DNA of 64,000 nucleotides from contig OZ336873.1 of the NCBI GenBank assembly GCA_965287045.1, forward strand, positions 102,920,001 to 102,984,000. Reading direction: 5' to 3'. The notes below the pieces were generated by a model, which ran no database searches, had not been told where the DNA came from, and saw only the letters and a list, made by a program, of their open reading frames with translations. A program made the translations under genes and the position numbers. The first letter of the stretch is position 1, and every line of letters begins with the position of its first letter. This DNA is from Carcharhinus amblyrhynchos. Lineage: Eukaryota. This document shows positions 1 to 12,162 of the stretch, one piece after another.

Positions 1-939
1 TGTCTGCTTGCTCCACCCCTCATGATTCTACTGTGTCAATGCAGCTTCCTCCAGCTGAGACCTGCTCAATCCATGTTGCAGATGTTTCTGAGAGGCAGGG
101 TTACCAAATATGGCTGGAGACATTCCTTTAGGCTTGAGCGCATGACTTTCCATTTCCATATCCAGTATATTTTAGAAGTAATAAATCAAAATGTTATATA
201 AAAATTGACAAAACTCTTCCCTAAAAATGTCCCTGTGACTGTTCTCAGAGGTTGCTCACACCGCAGTGTCTTAGGAGATTAATATTCAACTTCTGGAGAT
301 TCCAGGCGTATCATGGAGAATGATATGAGCTCTTACCAGTGAGTTTGAATAATGGTTCTAACGTACTTACTTCACTTTACCCTTCCTGGACTGCGCTGCC
401 ACAAGTATCAACAGAGCCTGAATGGCTTCAACATAATAATGTTGAATCACAAATACCACTTCGCCTTTGGCCTCCTACTACTAGGTTAATGGGTTACTTT
501 ATCTCAGCTGGAAGATGAGCCATATTTAAATTTAGTGTTTATCTGAAAACTGGACTGTGTTTTTTGAGGAAGCCATTTATAAAAATGGAGGTGTTAGTTT
601 GAGGAGTTTTGTTACAGGCTGCTTAAATACTTATACGCTTACGATTATAAGCTTAATAGCCACTGTTAATGTGTAAATATCTTTAAATTCCTATGTACAC
701 AAATGCAGCCCAGCCCAAAGTAAATAGATACCAGATCCATCCCATATGACAGATTAGGTGAAATATTCATTGGCATCAGTGCCACTCCGAAGTGCACTAC
801 ACCAGACCTGCTTTGCTTCCCAGTAGATGGGCAGGCAGTGCTACACACCATTGTCTACATTGAGTTTATCAGTGATCTGAGCACGCACACCCACACCCAT
901 GCACAGTGAAAAGAAGCACAAAGCAACAAGATAGGCCTT

Positions 940-2450
940 GGAGGACTGGGAACATTAATTGAAGCATAGTTACATTAATGGAATATTTTCTGCTGGTAAG
1001 TGCTGGTTAGTTTTTGGGGGCATATTGGCACATTTGCCAGAGAGTGTTTCTGCACTCCTAGATTGGTTGGCAGAGGAGTAGGTGGCCTGTCCAGCAACAG
1101 GTATGGAAGTAGTAGGTGTGGTATACCTGGCTCTGCAACATGTTAGGAAGGTGGAGCAGAGCCTGCAGAGGGGGCAAACTTCACCATGCATCCTTTTAAG
1201 TTGGAGCTGGACTCCCCCATGCTCCTTGACAGTGACAGGGCACTGCCTAGCGGGCCAGTCAATGCACCCAACTTCTTGATGGACATTTCCAATGAATGCT
1301 ATTTGCCATGCTGCCCTCATCGAAGTCTGCACCCAAGTCCTCGGCTGCACTACCATCTGCTACCTCAGCCTCCTTTCATTCTGGCTTGGTTGTAGCTCAC
1401 TCATGCCTAGTGACTCACCAGTTTGTTGATCCCAATTCTGTAATAGTCTCAAAGGTAAGTGCAGTGCCAGTGGCTGGTAGTTGTGAGTGTCAGATCAAGT
1501 TACAGGGCCTCTTCATCAGTGCTGTGCTTTTTGCTTTCTTTCTTCCTCCTCAGGCTGCTGCAGTTATGTAGGTAGCAGCTTGTGGGTATCTAAAAGCAGG
1601 AAATCAGAAGGGGGCTGCTGTGAGAGAACGTGTGTGGGGTGACAAGCAAGAAGTCCAAGCTCACAGAATGAGCAGCTTGCTCATCATATGAGATAGCAGG
1701 ATGAGGGCATCTTGGGAATCAAGAAGGAACACAAGGCAAGGAGGTATCATCTTCCTCAATGTTCTTAGCTGTGGACCCTGTCACAGCCAGTTCCATGATG
1801 CAGAGAACCATCTCTGCCATCGTGCTCAGTTGATGCAGGTGTCTTGCTCCCCGCTGGTTCAGCTTTGGATAACACAATATGTCACTTTGTCCTGCAAGAA
1901 AGAGGGAAGAATGCCTGTGATGTGTTGTATTGTATTTGGATGATGTGCCTGCCATAGCTGGAGGTATATGGAGTAGTGGGAGATGGGTGTGGTGCAGACA
2001 GCATTGGTACGCATGTGAGACTGAAGTGGCACATCTGAATGTTAGGTGTGAATCTTGAGTGCCAGGGAGCGCTGATGGGTGAGTGATAGAGGTCTGGTGC
2101 ATTGAACAGTGTGAGCATCTGGTGCAGTGATGGGTGGGAGATGTGTTCTGAAGATGTATTCACTCTGGCATTAACCACCCATATGAGATCATTAGAATTC
2201 TTGTGGCACTGCTGCCAGGTTCTCAGGTTCAGATAATGGGGACTTGACCTTCCCAGCTTTCTGCTCCCATTCCCTTCTGAGGGTGGAGCGCAAAGATTTT
2301 CTAGTCCGTGCTCTGGAACCATGGTAACTCTCCTCTTGCCCACCTATACCAGCATTGTCTCCGGTGTTGTATCTGTTAGTCTGTGCGCCCTGGTGCTATT
2401 TTCTTGGGGGACAGGGTGGAAACCTGACATACCATATCCTCGGTCTTGAT
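940..2450 (-). mobile_element. Degenerate PIF/Harbinger transposon fragment carrying a Myb/SANT-like (ORF1) gene relic
   Basis: Minus-strand translations RAHRLTDTTPETMLV*VGKRRVTMVP and LRTWQQCHKNSNDL resemble the RAPRF...L...V..RR / RT..QCRKKFNDL trihelix motif. A putative intron follows, then tcttgcag|GACAAA and GARHLHQLSTMAEMVLCIM. Stops and frameshifts are present. Confidence 0.65.
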
Positions 2451-2461
2451 GATCGACCAGA

Positions 2462-2680
2462 AAGACAAAGCACTGGAAATGCTCAGCAGGTCTGGCAGCA
2501 TCTGGGGACAGAGAAATGGAGTCAGTGTTTCAGCTTGATGACTTTTCATTAGAAATGTTGATTAGTCTGGAATGTCAATTCTGGTGTTTCTCTCCACAGA
2601 TGCTGCCAGACCCATTGAGTATTTACAGCATCTTCTGTGGCCCTTTCAGATTCCCAACATCAACAGAATATTGCTTTTAA
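2462..2680. mobile_element. Penelope-like element-derived inverted-repeat fragment
   Basis: Perfect 16-bp inverted arms ggtctggcagcatctg (2489-2504) / cagatgctgccagacc (2597-2612) within longer imperfect arms. The sequence resembles elasmobranch Penelope 3' ends. Confidence 0.6.
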
Positions 2681-3454
2681 TAATTGGATTTGTGAGTTAG
2701 AAGCAAGCAGACTGGGACAAAAGTATGTCTAACTCAGTGGGCATGAAGGGAACCATGACACCACCTGTCTTATTATGTCAGATGCAGCAGCTCGATGCTC
2801 ATCATTATAATGGAAAATCATGACTTTGTCCACACTACAATGTTTGCCAAATCGCACCCACAGATAACAACATACTTTAGAAGTCTAATCACTTTTATGT
2901 ACAATGTGCTTTTGTAGCAGTTGTCTTTGTTTTTTTGCTTACATTGAATTATTGAATTAATGATTAAATAGACTCCAGTGGAAAGCAAATAAAGTGACCT
3001 TTTGCATCAGTTTAATCCATGGCCAACATTTTTCTGCAAGTGGCTGGGTATCAGAATTTAGCAGTGTAATATTAAGTAAATGAATATAAATATTATAAAA
3101 TAATTCATGAACTTGTGTTGAGATTACATGTTGTTTTGGAGGTTAGACAAGCCATTGGTCACAATCCTTGCAGCACTCATTCAAAAAAATCAAAATCCCA
3201 AACAAATCATGAACATAAGTTAGTGTTTAGGACTTTAAAAAAAACACCCTTTGTTGTACACCCTGCATTGTACACACCTACCCAAGTACCTGCCCAAGTG
3301 GATGATTTGTTAAATGTTGGAACAAAAATCAAAGGTTTATCTTAAATTTTCGGATACTGAAAGACTGTAGGAGCTAACATAATATGCTACCAATTGGTTT
3401 TCCTTTCCAAGGTGGGTGAGCAGTTAGTTTAGCAAATGATCATACAAGAAACTT

Positions 3455-3591
3455 AGGCCGGAATCTTATTACCGTTCATGCCGGCAGGATTTTCCCATCC
3501 CACTGCAGTGAACGGAGATTAGGCTGTCCGCCAAATTCTCCAACTTCGTTGCAGCAGGACTGTGGCGTGAGCAGCCGGTAAGAGCGTGCTC
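3455..3591 (+). mobile_element. Harbinger-type MITE (family A)
   Basis: Degenerate GGGCCGGAAT.../...ATCTCGCCC-type termini. The internal core cccactgcagtgaacggagat is shared with the copies at 3856, 11277 and 28035. Confidence 0.7.
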
Positions 3592-3855
3592 TTAATTTGG
3601 CCATTTGAAAACATTGAATACATATTTAATATCAAATGTCTTGATAGGCTGCAAGTGCACATTGCACCAACACCCATAGAGTAAAGAATGGATAATGTTT
3701 CCACCTCTGAGGAAAAACTTACACCAAGAATATTATTAGCCTGTCTTTTCCATTTAAAGTTGTTAATGGACTTATTTCGAACATTTCATATAGTTTTTGC
3801 ATTTAACCTCTGCCCATAAATAAAAATAAACAATGCAGTGCATAATTTAAAATTA

Positions 3856-3983
3856 CAACTGGAATTCTCTGGCCGTTTATGCCCTGCCAGAGAGGACAGC
3901 GAATTTGGTGCTCCGCAAAATCTCCATTCACTGCAGCAGGATGGGCTAATCTCAATGGTGTGAATGGCCGAAGAATTTCGGTC
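3856..3983 (-). mobile_element. Harbinger-type MITE (family A, inverted copy)
   Basis: The reverse complement contains cctgctgcagtgaatggagat...ccaaattc as in 3455-3591. TIR-like ends ggaattctctggccg / tggccgaagaatttc. Confidence 0.7.
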
Positions 3984-4031
3984 TATATTTTTGGAACGAC
4001 TGAATTTTTGCTTCCGTGTGTAATGAGCACA

Positions 4032-4135
4032 AAGAAAGACTTGCATTTATATAGCTCTTCACCAGACATCTCAAAGTGCTTTGCAGCCAATGAAGTGTTT
4101 TTGAAATGGAATAACTGCTGTAATGTAAGAAACAA
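4032..4135 (-). mobile_element. Deu-SINE/L2-type 3' tail fragment
   Basis: Reverse complement ends ...tggctgcaaagcactttgagatgtc...gctatataaatgcaagtctttctt. Similar tail at about 14690-14775. Confidence 0.55.
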
Positions 4136-4436
4136 CAAAACCTGGGGCAGAGTTTAACACCCTCACATGGGTGATTTGGAGGCAGGAAGGCCACGTGATT
4201 GGAGGGGGGGGGGTGAGTTGCAGACTTGAGATTCTGTTGCCTTTCTGTGGCCCTCCTATTAAGCCTGGGGTGGGAAAAAAGCTGGCGAGCAATCTTCTGC
4301 CCAGACACCAATTGAGATCCTTAAGTGGGCAATTAGGGACCTAATTTTCTTGGGGCTCCAAATGATCAGGTTGGCAATGGTGCTGCCAATATTGGTGGCA
4401 GATATGGCATCACTGCCACCCTCAATTCCACTCACG

Positions 4437-4563
4437 GGGTAGGATTCTCTGACTGTACTCACCCCAAAACCAAAGAATCCCGCCCAAGTTCAATGAACCT
4501 TTGCATGGTTTGCCCTCCACCTGCTATAATTCCAGTGGTGGGCAGGACGGGAGAATTCCATCC
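4437..4563 (-). mobile_element. Harbinger-type MITE (family B)
   Basis: TIRs gggtaggattctc / ggagaattccatcc, flanked by acg/atg (3-bp TSD with CpG decay). Internally similar to the copies at 6469, 16168 and 40435. Confidence 0.7.
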
Positions 4564-5503
4564 ATGGTGTCTACTATTCTTCAAAGCTGTTCACTATTAT
4601 TTTGTTGTGAATATTGGACTTAGAAGGCTATTTGTAAGCAGAGATTACCAGTAATTATTAGTCACACACTGCACTCTTCCTTGTTAATCCTTCCAAGTGC
4701 ATCCTGGTGATCATTAAGACGATATTATGGAACAGGTGAACTGTTACTCTATTCAAGTATTTCCCCATGTACTTGTATACAGTCTTCACAGGTTTATCTT
4801 CAACGGACACGTTGGGGGAAGAGAGGATGGTGAATCTATTCTACTTATTTTATGTCCAAAGTAGAATTTATTCCCTTGAAATCACATCTTTAATTTTGTG
4901 ACTTCAACAGAAACTTTTCATCTCATTAATTTTATTTTGAAAAATCTCATAAATTACTTTTATTTCTCCCCTTCCCACACAGCTCTGGGATGATTGAGTA
5001 AATGGTCGCGGGCACCATCATTGCGAGTCTTTACTTAACGTAGCAGTGTGGAATGATCCTCCTTTTCTAGTGGCATAATTTTACCCCACCCCTGAAAATC
5101 AGAATAAAAATGCTGGAACTATCTTTTGAGACAGATGGATATAAATGTCTGCGAAGACATGCATTTTGACTTGTCTTTTCTAATTGGAAATAGAATACTT
5201 TAGGCTGAACCTATATTATACATCATCCAAGCACTTAGCAGGTAGATTGTTGGTCTGGTTCAATGAATTATACCATGGCTTTTTTGCACTGATGTGCACA
5301 TAAACTTCAATACATCAACTTAAAACTGTTAGAATATAGTGCTTTAGCTTTACAGCTTTCAGATAGCATTTTATTATTAACTATTGAGTAGATGACACTA
5401 ATCAGTTACAGGTATAATATATTTTAACAATCTTCCACACTATAATAGACAAAATCACTGTCTTTCAAATAGTGACATGTTATTTTCATCATTTGTTTGT
5501 TAG

Positions 5504-5635
5504 GTTTAACTGCTGCAGCAATGGCTGAAGCGATGAAGTTACAAAAACTGAAACTTGCGACGATGAATAATCTCCATGGTAACGGTAGTCAAAATGGCAC
5601 TGAGTCTGAGAATGAAGAACTGAATTCTAGCACAG
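5504..5635 (+). CDS. DACH2: Dachshund homolog 2 internal coding exon (132 bp, phase 1/1)
   Basis: Pyrimidine-rich acceptor ttgttag|GT and donor ACAG|gtgagt. Translates to (G)LTAAAMAEAMKLQKLKLATMNNLHGNGSQNGTESENEELNSST(G), which closely matches recalled vertebrate DACH2 AAAMAEAMKLQKMKL...GNGSQNGTESE. It lacks the long poly-Ala tract of the equivalent DACH1 exon. Confidence 0.93.
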
Positions 5636-6468
5636 GTGAGTTCCCAGTCTGTAAGTATGAGCTACTCAAAGACAAAAGTTATTTGGAGTTAGTTTGCCAT
5701 GAATAGTTATCATCATATCTTTAACACAACGTGCCTATCACAGTGCCAGCATGGCAGCTGTATCCTGCCAAAAATCTACTACTTTGCAAAATCTCACTCT
5801 CAAAGTCCACCCAGAATCTGCTGCAAAAGCAAACATAAGTTTGTGGCACTTGATGTTATGAGTGTATTAAAAAGCAACACAGAAATTTGCGGCAAGGCAG
5901 AGGTACAAGATGAATTGCCAGAATGCAGTTCCATCCAGTTCCATCACAAAAACTTGGACCTTGCAGTCAACCTCCCCATGAATCTTATGAAATTGTTGGA
6001 CTTGGGCAAGTATGAATCAAACTCAGTAGTTAGAGCTGCTATTTCATCATACAAGACCAAGGTTAAGAGAATAATTTATGATCGGCCCAGAAAGAGAACA
6101 GTCAAAACTGAGGAGTGTCACTCTTGCAGATAATAAACTGTTCATAGAGATTTCTTTAAATGTTGGCTTTCTTTTTTTTGGTCACTTTTTCTATCTCTTA
6201 ATCCAAACTTTATTTCTCCTTTTATTTCTTTTGCTGTCTTATTGGATTCTATTTCTTCCTCTATCATTTCCTCTTTTTTTCTCTTCATCCTTAAAATCAT
6301 TGGCTAAGGAGATAGACTTTTGGTAACATTATTCATTAAGATTCTAGACGTTCTGCTTTCTCGACTTTACCATTACTATTTGCAATTTGCAGAACAAAAA
6401 TTATTGAGGAAAAAGTTCCAACTCATTCTCACAGACAAATTTTGGGCCAAAATCTTTTCAACGTCTAT

Positions 6469-6594
6469 AGCTGGGATTTTCCAGCCACGCTCGGCCCGAA
6501 AGCAGAAAATCCTGCCCAAGGTCAACAGATCTTTCCCTGGTTCGCCCCTCGCCCACAACGATTCCTGTGGCGGGTGGAACAGAAAATTTCACCC
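6469..6594 (-). mobile_element. Harbinger-type MITE (family B)
   Basis: gctgggattttcc ... agaaaatttcaccc. The reverse complement aligns with 40435-40559. Confidence 0.7.
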
Positions 6595-7029
6595 TTATGT
6601 GTTGTAATGCTTCCAAACATTTATAAAATTAGGACAGGCAGTCTGATTACAGAATACAGATTGCATCTCACTATCTGATAAAGCAGGTTGTTCTTGAAAA
6701 CCTTCCAGCAGTCGTGTCTCCATCAGGAAATATTGAGTAACAAAGACAATCTATTGGATTGATCACAAACTATTGGATTAACTGAACTGATGAACTGCCG
6801 ACTTTCTAAAAGGTCCACAGTTTTCCATGGTGTGCATAAATCTTTAGGCACAGTAGGATATGTAAAAGATGCAGGTCAAAATGAATACATAAAAACATTA
6901 ATCGATAGTTCAAAATCCTTTTCACCAAATTCATGTTTTTTTGGCATTTTCACTAACCAGGCTTAATTGTCAGAGCATAAAGAATCAAATGAACAGTTAA
7001 CATTGATATTGATAAATTAGTAAATTTTA

Positions 7030-7293
7030 CACAGTGCCAGCGACTCGGGTTTGATTCCAGTCTTGGATGAATGTGCGGAGTTTACACATTTTCCCCGTGT
7101 CGTGTGGGTTTCCTCCCACAGTCCAAAAATGTGCAGATTAGGTTGATTGGCCTTGCTAAATTGCCCCTTACTGCCAGGGGAACTAGCAGGGGAAATGCAT
7201 GGTGTTACGGAGATAAGGTCTGGGTGGGATTGTGGTTGGTGCACACTTGATCAGCTAAATGGCCTCCTTCTGTACTGTTGGGATTCCAGGATT
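7030..7293 (+). mobile_element. HE1-like V-SINE (CR1-type tail), 5' truncated
   Basis: B-box-like gggtttgattcc, V-domain gtgggtttcctcccacagtccaaa, tail aatggcctccttctgtactgttgggattc. Confidence 0.85.
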
Positions 7294-8371
7294 TTGAACG
7301 CAATATATGCTTAAAGAACAGTGTTCTAAGAAATAAAATGGCGTGACATTTAAATGTCTTGGGATTCAAGAAGGTTTGTCGAAAAGCAAATTGCCAAATG
7401 AAATCATTGCAATAAAACTCAGGACCCAGCTATACAGAACACTAGGGGCTGGAAGTTGAACCTTTATAGCAGAGCAGACGCCAGAACTTCTCACCCAAAC
7501 TCAGTAGACCATTTGCTGGTTTATCAAATTTTCCATCCCACCCACAACAATTACTGCAGTGGATGGGACTGAAAACTCCACCCTAGATTCCTGAGAAAAT
7601 CAGGGGATAAAGTTTTAAAAGAAGACAGGAAAGCAAGAAGCAGAGGATGCGGAAATAGTTGAGAACATAAAGTGAAGATAGTAGAAATTGAGGAAATAGG
7701 TGAGAGACCATGCGGTCTCTGAGAGTGGGTTGAGGAGCAGACTAAAGACAGCATAGATTGTAAAGGGAATAAAACAAGTGAAAAATGGAGACTATGGGTA
7801 GACAGAGGTAGGTACCGGAGACAGATACTGGAGAATCAGGGGAAAACAGTACACACTCAAATGAGAACCAGGTTGAGAGAGGAGAATAGACATTGGAATA
7901 AACTGCAAAGGGGAGAGATGTGGATATTGAGGAGATTTGGAATGAATGAAAGTGAGATATCATTGCATATTTTAATTGTGAAGATCAGATTAAATTTATA
8001 AACAAATGATAACATCTCAGTGACAGCACAAATATTGATGCATCATTTGTGTTATTTCATCATTGACTTGAACAAAGTAAAGTACTGCTGCATTTGGGAA
8101 TTAGTAAGTAGTTTATAGCAAGGTTTTTCATGGGATGAAACCAGATAGAACACAAACTACTGCTTCTGGCTTCACTCACATCTCATTAAAATTATCTATT
8201 TTAGTAAACTATTGTACAGTTATGTGCAAGGCACATTCTCATTAGCTGCTATTGATTTTAGAGCTTAACTATTTCCAGGTTGACGGACAGAGAAAAATGT
8301 CTGCCACTGCATCAGCCGGCTACATCCCCCTGCTGCCTTGTAGTTTTCTGTTGACTATCTTTGCTACTACT

Positions 8372-8570
8372 GGGGGGTCAGTTAGCTGAATTGGCTGGAC
8401 GGCAGGTTCTTGGCAAAGCCAACAGCAGGGTTTCAATTCCCCTACTGGCTAAGGTTATCCAAGAATGCCCCACGTTCACAACCTTGCCCTTCATCTAAGG
8501 TTTGGCGATCCTCAGATTAAATCAAAGGAGAGAGCAGTCTATGGTCCTCTGGGACTGTGGCATCTTTTTG
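8372..8570 (+). mobile_element. tRNA-derived SINE, family unassigned
   Basis: A-box-like tcagttagctgaattggctg, B-box-like gggtttcaattccc, T-rich end after ctatggtcctctgggactgtggc. Confidence 0.55.
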
Positions 8571-8896
8571 TTTTGCTATGCTACTGCGTAGAAATTGGCT
8601 GAAGAAAGCTGTTGTCCTCAAAAGTATTTTCACCTGAAAACTGTTACAGTACTACTCCACTGATAAAATAATGCAAATGGAATTGCAGTAAGAAGTAGTT
8701 CTGTAAAAGCTGTGTGTAAAGTGTGCAAAAGTATAGATAAAAAAAATTTTAATTCTGGAGAGAAAAAATTGAAAAAAGAGAAAAAATGTTCACAAGTACA
8801 CCTTAAATACTTGTATGCACACACTGGTCTTATTTGGCTTAATTTCTTAATTATATCCCTTTGCATTGAAGTGTGTAGCAGAACAAAGTACTGTGC

Positions 8897-9447
8897 TTTG
8901 ATTTGATTTGACTTATTATTGCCACTTGCATTTGGTGAAAAGTATAGTTTCTTGTGTGCTACACAAAGCATACCATTCATAGAGAAGGAAATGAGAGAGT
9001 GCAGAAGGTAGTGTTAAAGCCACAGCTAGCCATAGTAGAGAAAGATCAACTTAATGCAAGGTAGGTCCATTCAAACGCCTGACAGCAGTAGGGAAGAAGC
9101 TTGTCTTGAGTAGGTTGGTATGTGACCTCAGACTTTTGTATCTTCTTCCCAATGGAAAATGGTGATAGAGAGAATGTCTGGGGTGTGTGAGGTCCTTAAT
9201 TATGCTGGCTACTTTGCCGAGGTAGCGGGAAGTGTAGACAGAGTCAATGGACGGAGGCTGGTTTGCGTGATGGATTGGGCTTCATTCACAATCTTTTGTC
9301 ATTTCTTGCGGTCTTGGGCAGAACAGGAGCCATACCAAACTGTGACACAACCAGAAAGAATGCTTTCTGTGGTACATCTGTAAAAGTTGATGAGAGTCGT
9401 AGCTGAGATGCCAAATTTCCTTAGACTTCTGAGAAAGTAGAGCATTT
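8897..9447 (-). mobile_element. Rex1/Babar LINE 3' fragment
   Basis: Minus strand encodes LYFLRSLRKFGISATTLINFYRCTTESILSGCVTVWYGSCSAQDRKK, typical of the Rex1 C-terminus. It ends in an (AAATC)n tail. Confidence 0.85.
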
Positions 9448-11276
9448 GCTGGAATGTAAGCCAGCCATGGGGGAGGTTTAAGGGATGAATGGCAACAGCA
9501 GCTGATTTTCCAATCCCATCCTCTCCAAGAGCAGTATATTTTAGAATCATTACAAGTGGAACTTGCCTTTCTGATTGCTGAACGCAACTGCGTCAGAGTC
9601 AGATGGTAGAATGCGAGTGATTCCAATGTATCGTGGTCAAGCAAATGATGGATTTGGTAGGATTAGAACTAATTCTCAGTTGCTACATTAAACAAGGTGC
9701 AAGTTTATTTTGAACTGGCTTTTGCATTGAGTGACACTGAATTAAGGTTGAATTCAATGTAAGTTGACAATATAGTAGCATAATGCGAATGGTTTTGATT
9801 ATTGGAAACTTGCATTATAATTATCTTCCCATGCACAAGATGTACAAAATCTCCAAATCCCTATTTGTATTGAATGGAAATCTTCCTGGTTTCAGCTTTT
9901 GACTTCACGGAACAGCCAGGTTAATGAATTATAGCATCAGTAAAATTGTCAATAATTTATTATCAACTTATATACTCTGAGCCCCAAGTATGAAATATTC
10001 CAAAAGTTTTCAAACCTACTATTTTGATTAATTGCCTTATCAGTTACAGATCATCTTCCTTTGTGTTAAATAGCACAGTTCATTGAACAGTATCTGTTTG
10101 AGTGTTCACTGGAGTGGCTAGGAAGCTCAGCCTTGAGTAGTTTTTACTTCAACTATCGTAGTCTTGGTCTTTATTTAATGGTTTCTGCATGATTCTGCAT
10201 TGCCATTCCCCGATGACTAACAACCTGTTACAATTCTGCGATACTCCAAATTCAAAATACCATGCTTTATTGTTTTAGTAAATTGCTTTCAATTTATTGC
10301 TGCCTGTGCTTTGTAATCCATAAAGCATTAAGACTGGTGTGCACAGTTACATAAAAATATTTCATTGATTGGTCCTGCTACCTGCCATAAGAACAGAGTT
10401 AGGTGTAAGGTTCCATACTTTATTGTTACCCTAACAGTGTTCCTATAGGAGTTTGGTTGGAAACAAATTGCATAAGCAATCCCAACCTATTTTCATAAGC
10501 ACACAATGGGGGATTTGTTTTTCTGTTTGCAAGAGGAGCAAAGCACCTCCAGTGATATAATTTTATTACATCTTATTTGCCTTTATTGCAATAAAACAAA
10601 AGCCTCCAGTTAGGTGCAGTGGTTATCATAGGGACTGTCAAGTATGGCTTTAGACAATCTTACCCTTCGATAATAAGTTTATTTAAAGTAAAAAATGAAG
10701 CTGAATGAACGGGTAAATAGTAGGAGCACATTTTGTCATCTGTAATGAGTTAACCAGGTTGCAAGTCTATGATTGTTTTATTTTATGCTTACTGGTTAGC
10801 ATCAAACAATGAAGAGCATTTTGGAGGCACCAGATCAATATAAATTCACTGGTTGCCACAGGGCACCAGTCGAGCCCAAGAATGAGCAGCGTATGTGGGT
10901 CAGGTGGTAAATCTGCAACCAGATTAACCTATTAGGATCACAATTGCATTGCTCCCTGAAGGAGAAAGGTTTTTGTTATTCAACCTCTGATCGTAACGAA
11001 CAAATAAAAATGAATGCACATCGTATCAATTACAGTTAGTAATACCAAGGAATTGTTCAATGAGGATCCACACTTTAATGACCATGTCGACAGGGACTTC
11101 ATGTAAAATATTTTTAAAATAATTTTGGCATTTCTCTCCTAACTGGTTTTCTTCCAGCTGACTTGGGTCTTCTGAACTTTCCAGAAAGAATGAGAGGGTC
11201 TTAATAAAGACCGTTCGGATTGGTTTGTGTCCAGCTACTCCTCTAGAAATAAACATTGCAGATTCTCCATCCTACT

Positions 11277-11540
11277 GGGCCGGATTCTGCGACCTCACTG
11301 GTGGTTGTGATTTTCCCATCTCACTGCAGTGAACGGAGATTGGGCCGGGCGCCAACTTCTTTGACTTTGCTGCAGCGGGAGCATGGCGTGCACAGCTCGA
11401 GTCAGATGGTAGAATGCGAGTGATTCCAATGTATCGTGGTCAAGCAAATGATGGATTTGGTAGGATTAGAATTAATTCTCAGTTGCCACATTAAACAAGG
11501 TGCAAGTTTATTTTGAAACGGCTTTTGTAAGATCTCGCCC
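11277..11540 (+). mobile_element. Harbinger-type MITE (family A) with internal 129-bp captured segment
   Basis: TSD ACT (11274-11276 and 11541-11543), termini gggccggattc / gatctcgccc. Positions 11399-11527 duplicate 9596-9724. Confidence 0.85.
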
Positions 11541-11689
11541 ACTGTCTTTTCACAACATTATCATTTCTGAACTGTCACCCATATTTTGCCTCAGTGTTAA
11601 CAAAGGAAATGGATATTGGGATTGAATGATCACCGAATATGGGTGTAGATTTGCTATTAGGGATCATTATTCCAAAAAGAAATAAATGC

Positions 11690-12140
11690 GACTAAAAGAT
11701 TATTCAGATTTAAGGTGGAAATGCCATAGGGACCTGGCCGACCTGCAGATACTGAAAAAGTTCGTGCAGAAGTGACAGAGGCTCTGATTGTGGAATCATC
11801 GCCCAGCTAGTCTCCTAAGAGAGTCTGTAATACAGGATGACAGTCAGCCATGAGGCAGTCAAGGGGTGGAGAAAAGTGCTTCAGAGGATGAACTGAGTAT
11901 CAAATGCTTGTATAGAAGCTGGTCTCACGGATGTTGATACTAAGGAACGGCATGTAAATGAGATAAAAGACAGGACCAAGGATTGATCCTTGTGGGGCTG
12001 TGGAGCTCAAGACGTTAAGAAAGTAGGGGAGCCATTGCTGGAGATGCAGTGGTGCACACAGGAGACGTGGATGAGGATTACAGAGTCAACTACACTGAAC
12101 TGTTCAGAGTAGGGAGGAGGGTGAGGAGGAACAGGCATCA
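11690..12140 (-). mobile_element. Old L2-like LINE RT fragment
   Basis: The reverse complement of gcatgtaaatgag...ggaccaaggattgatccttgtggg gives a decayed PQGSILGP..F.IYM motif. Confidence 0.5.
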
Positions 12141-12162
12141 TCAACATAATAATCAAACATGT

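Noticed and set aside
5699-6133. 144-aa ORF right after the DACH2 exon as an alternative terminal exon
   Set aside because: It is in a different frame from the exon, has no recognisable homology or splice signals, and the upstream exon has a strong gtgagt donor.
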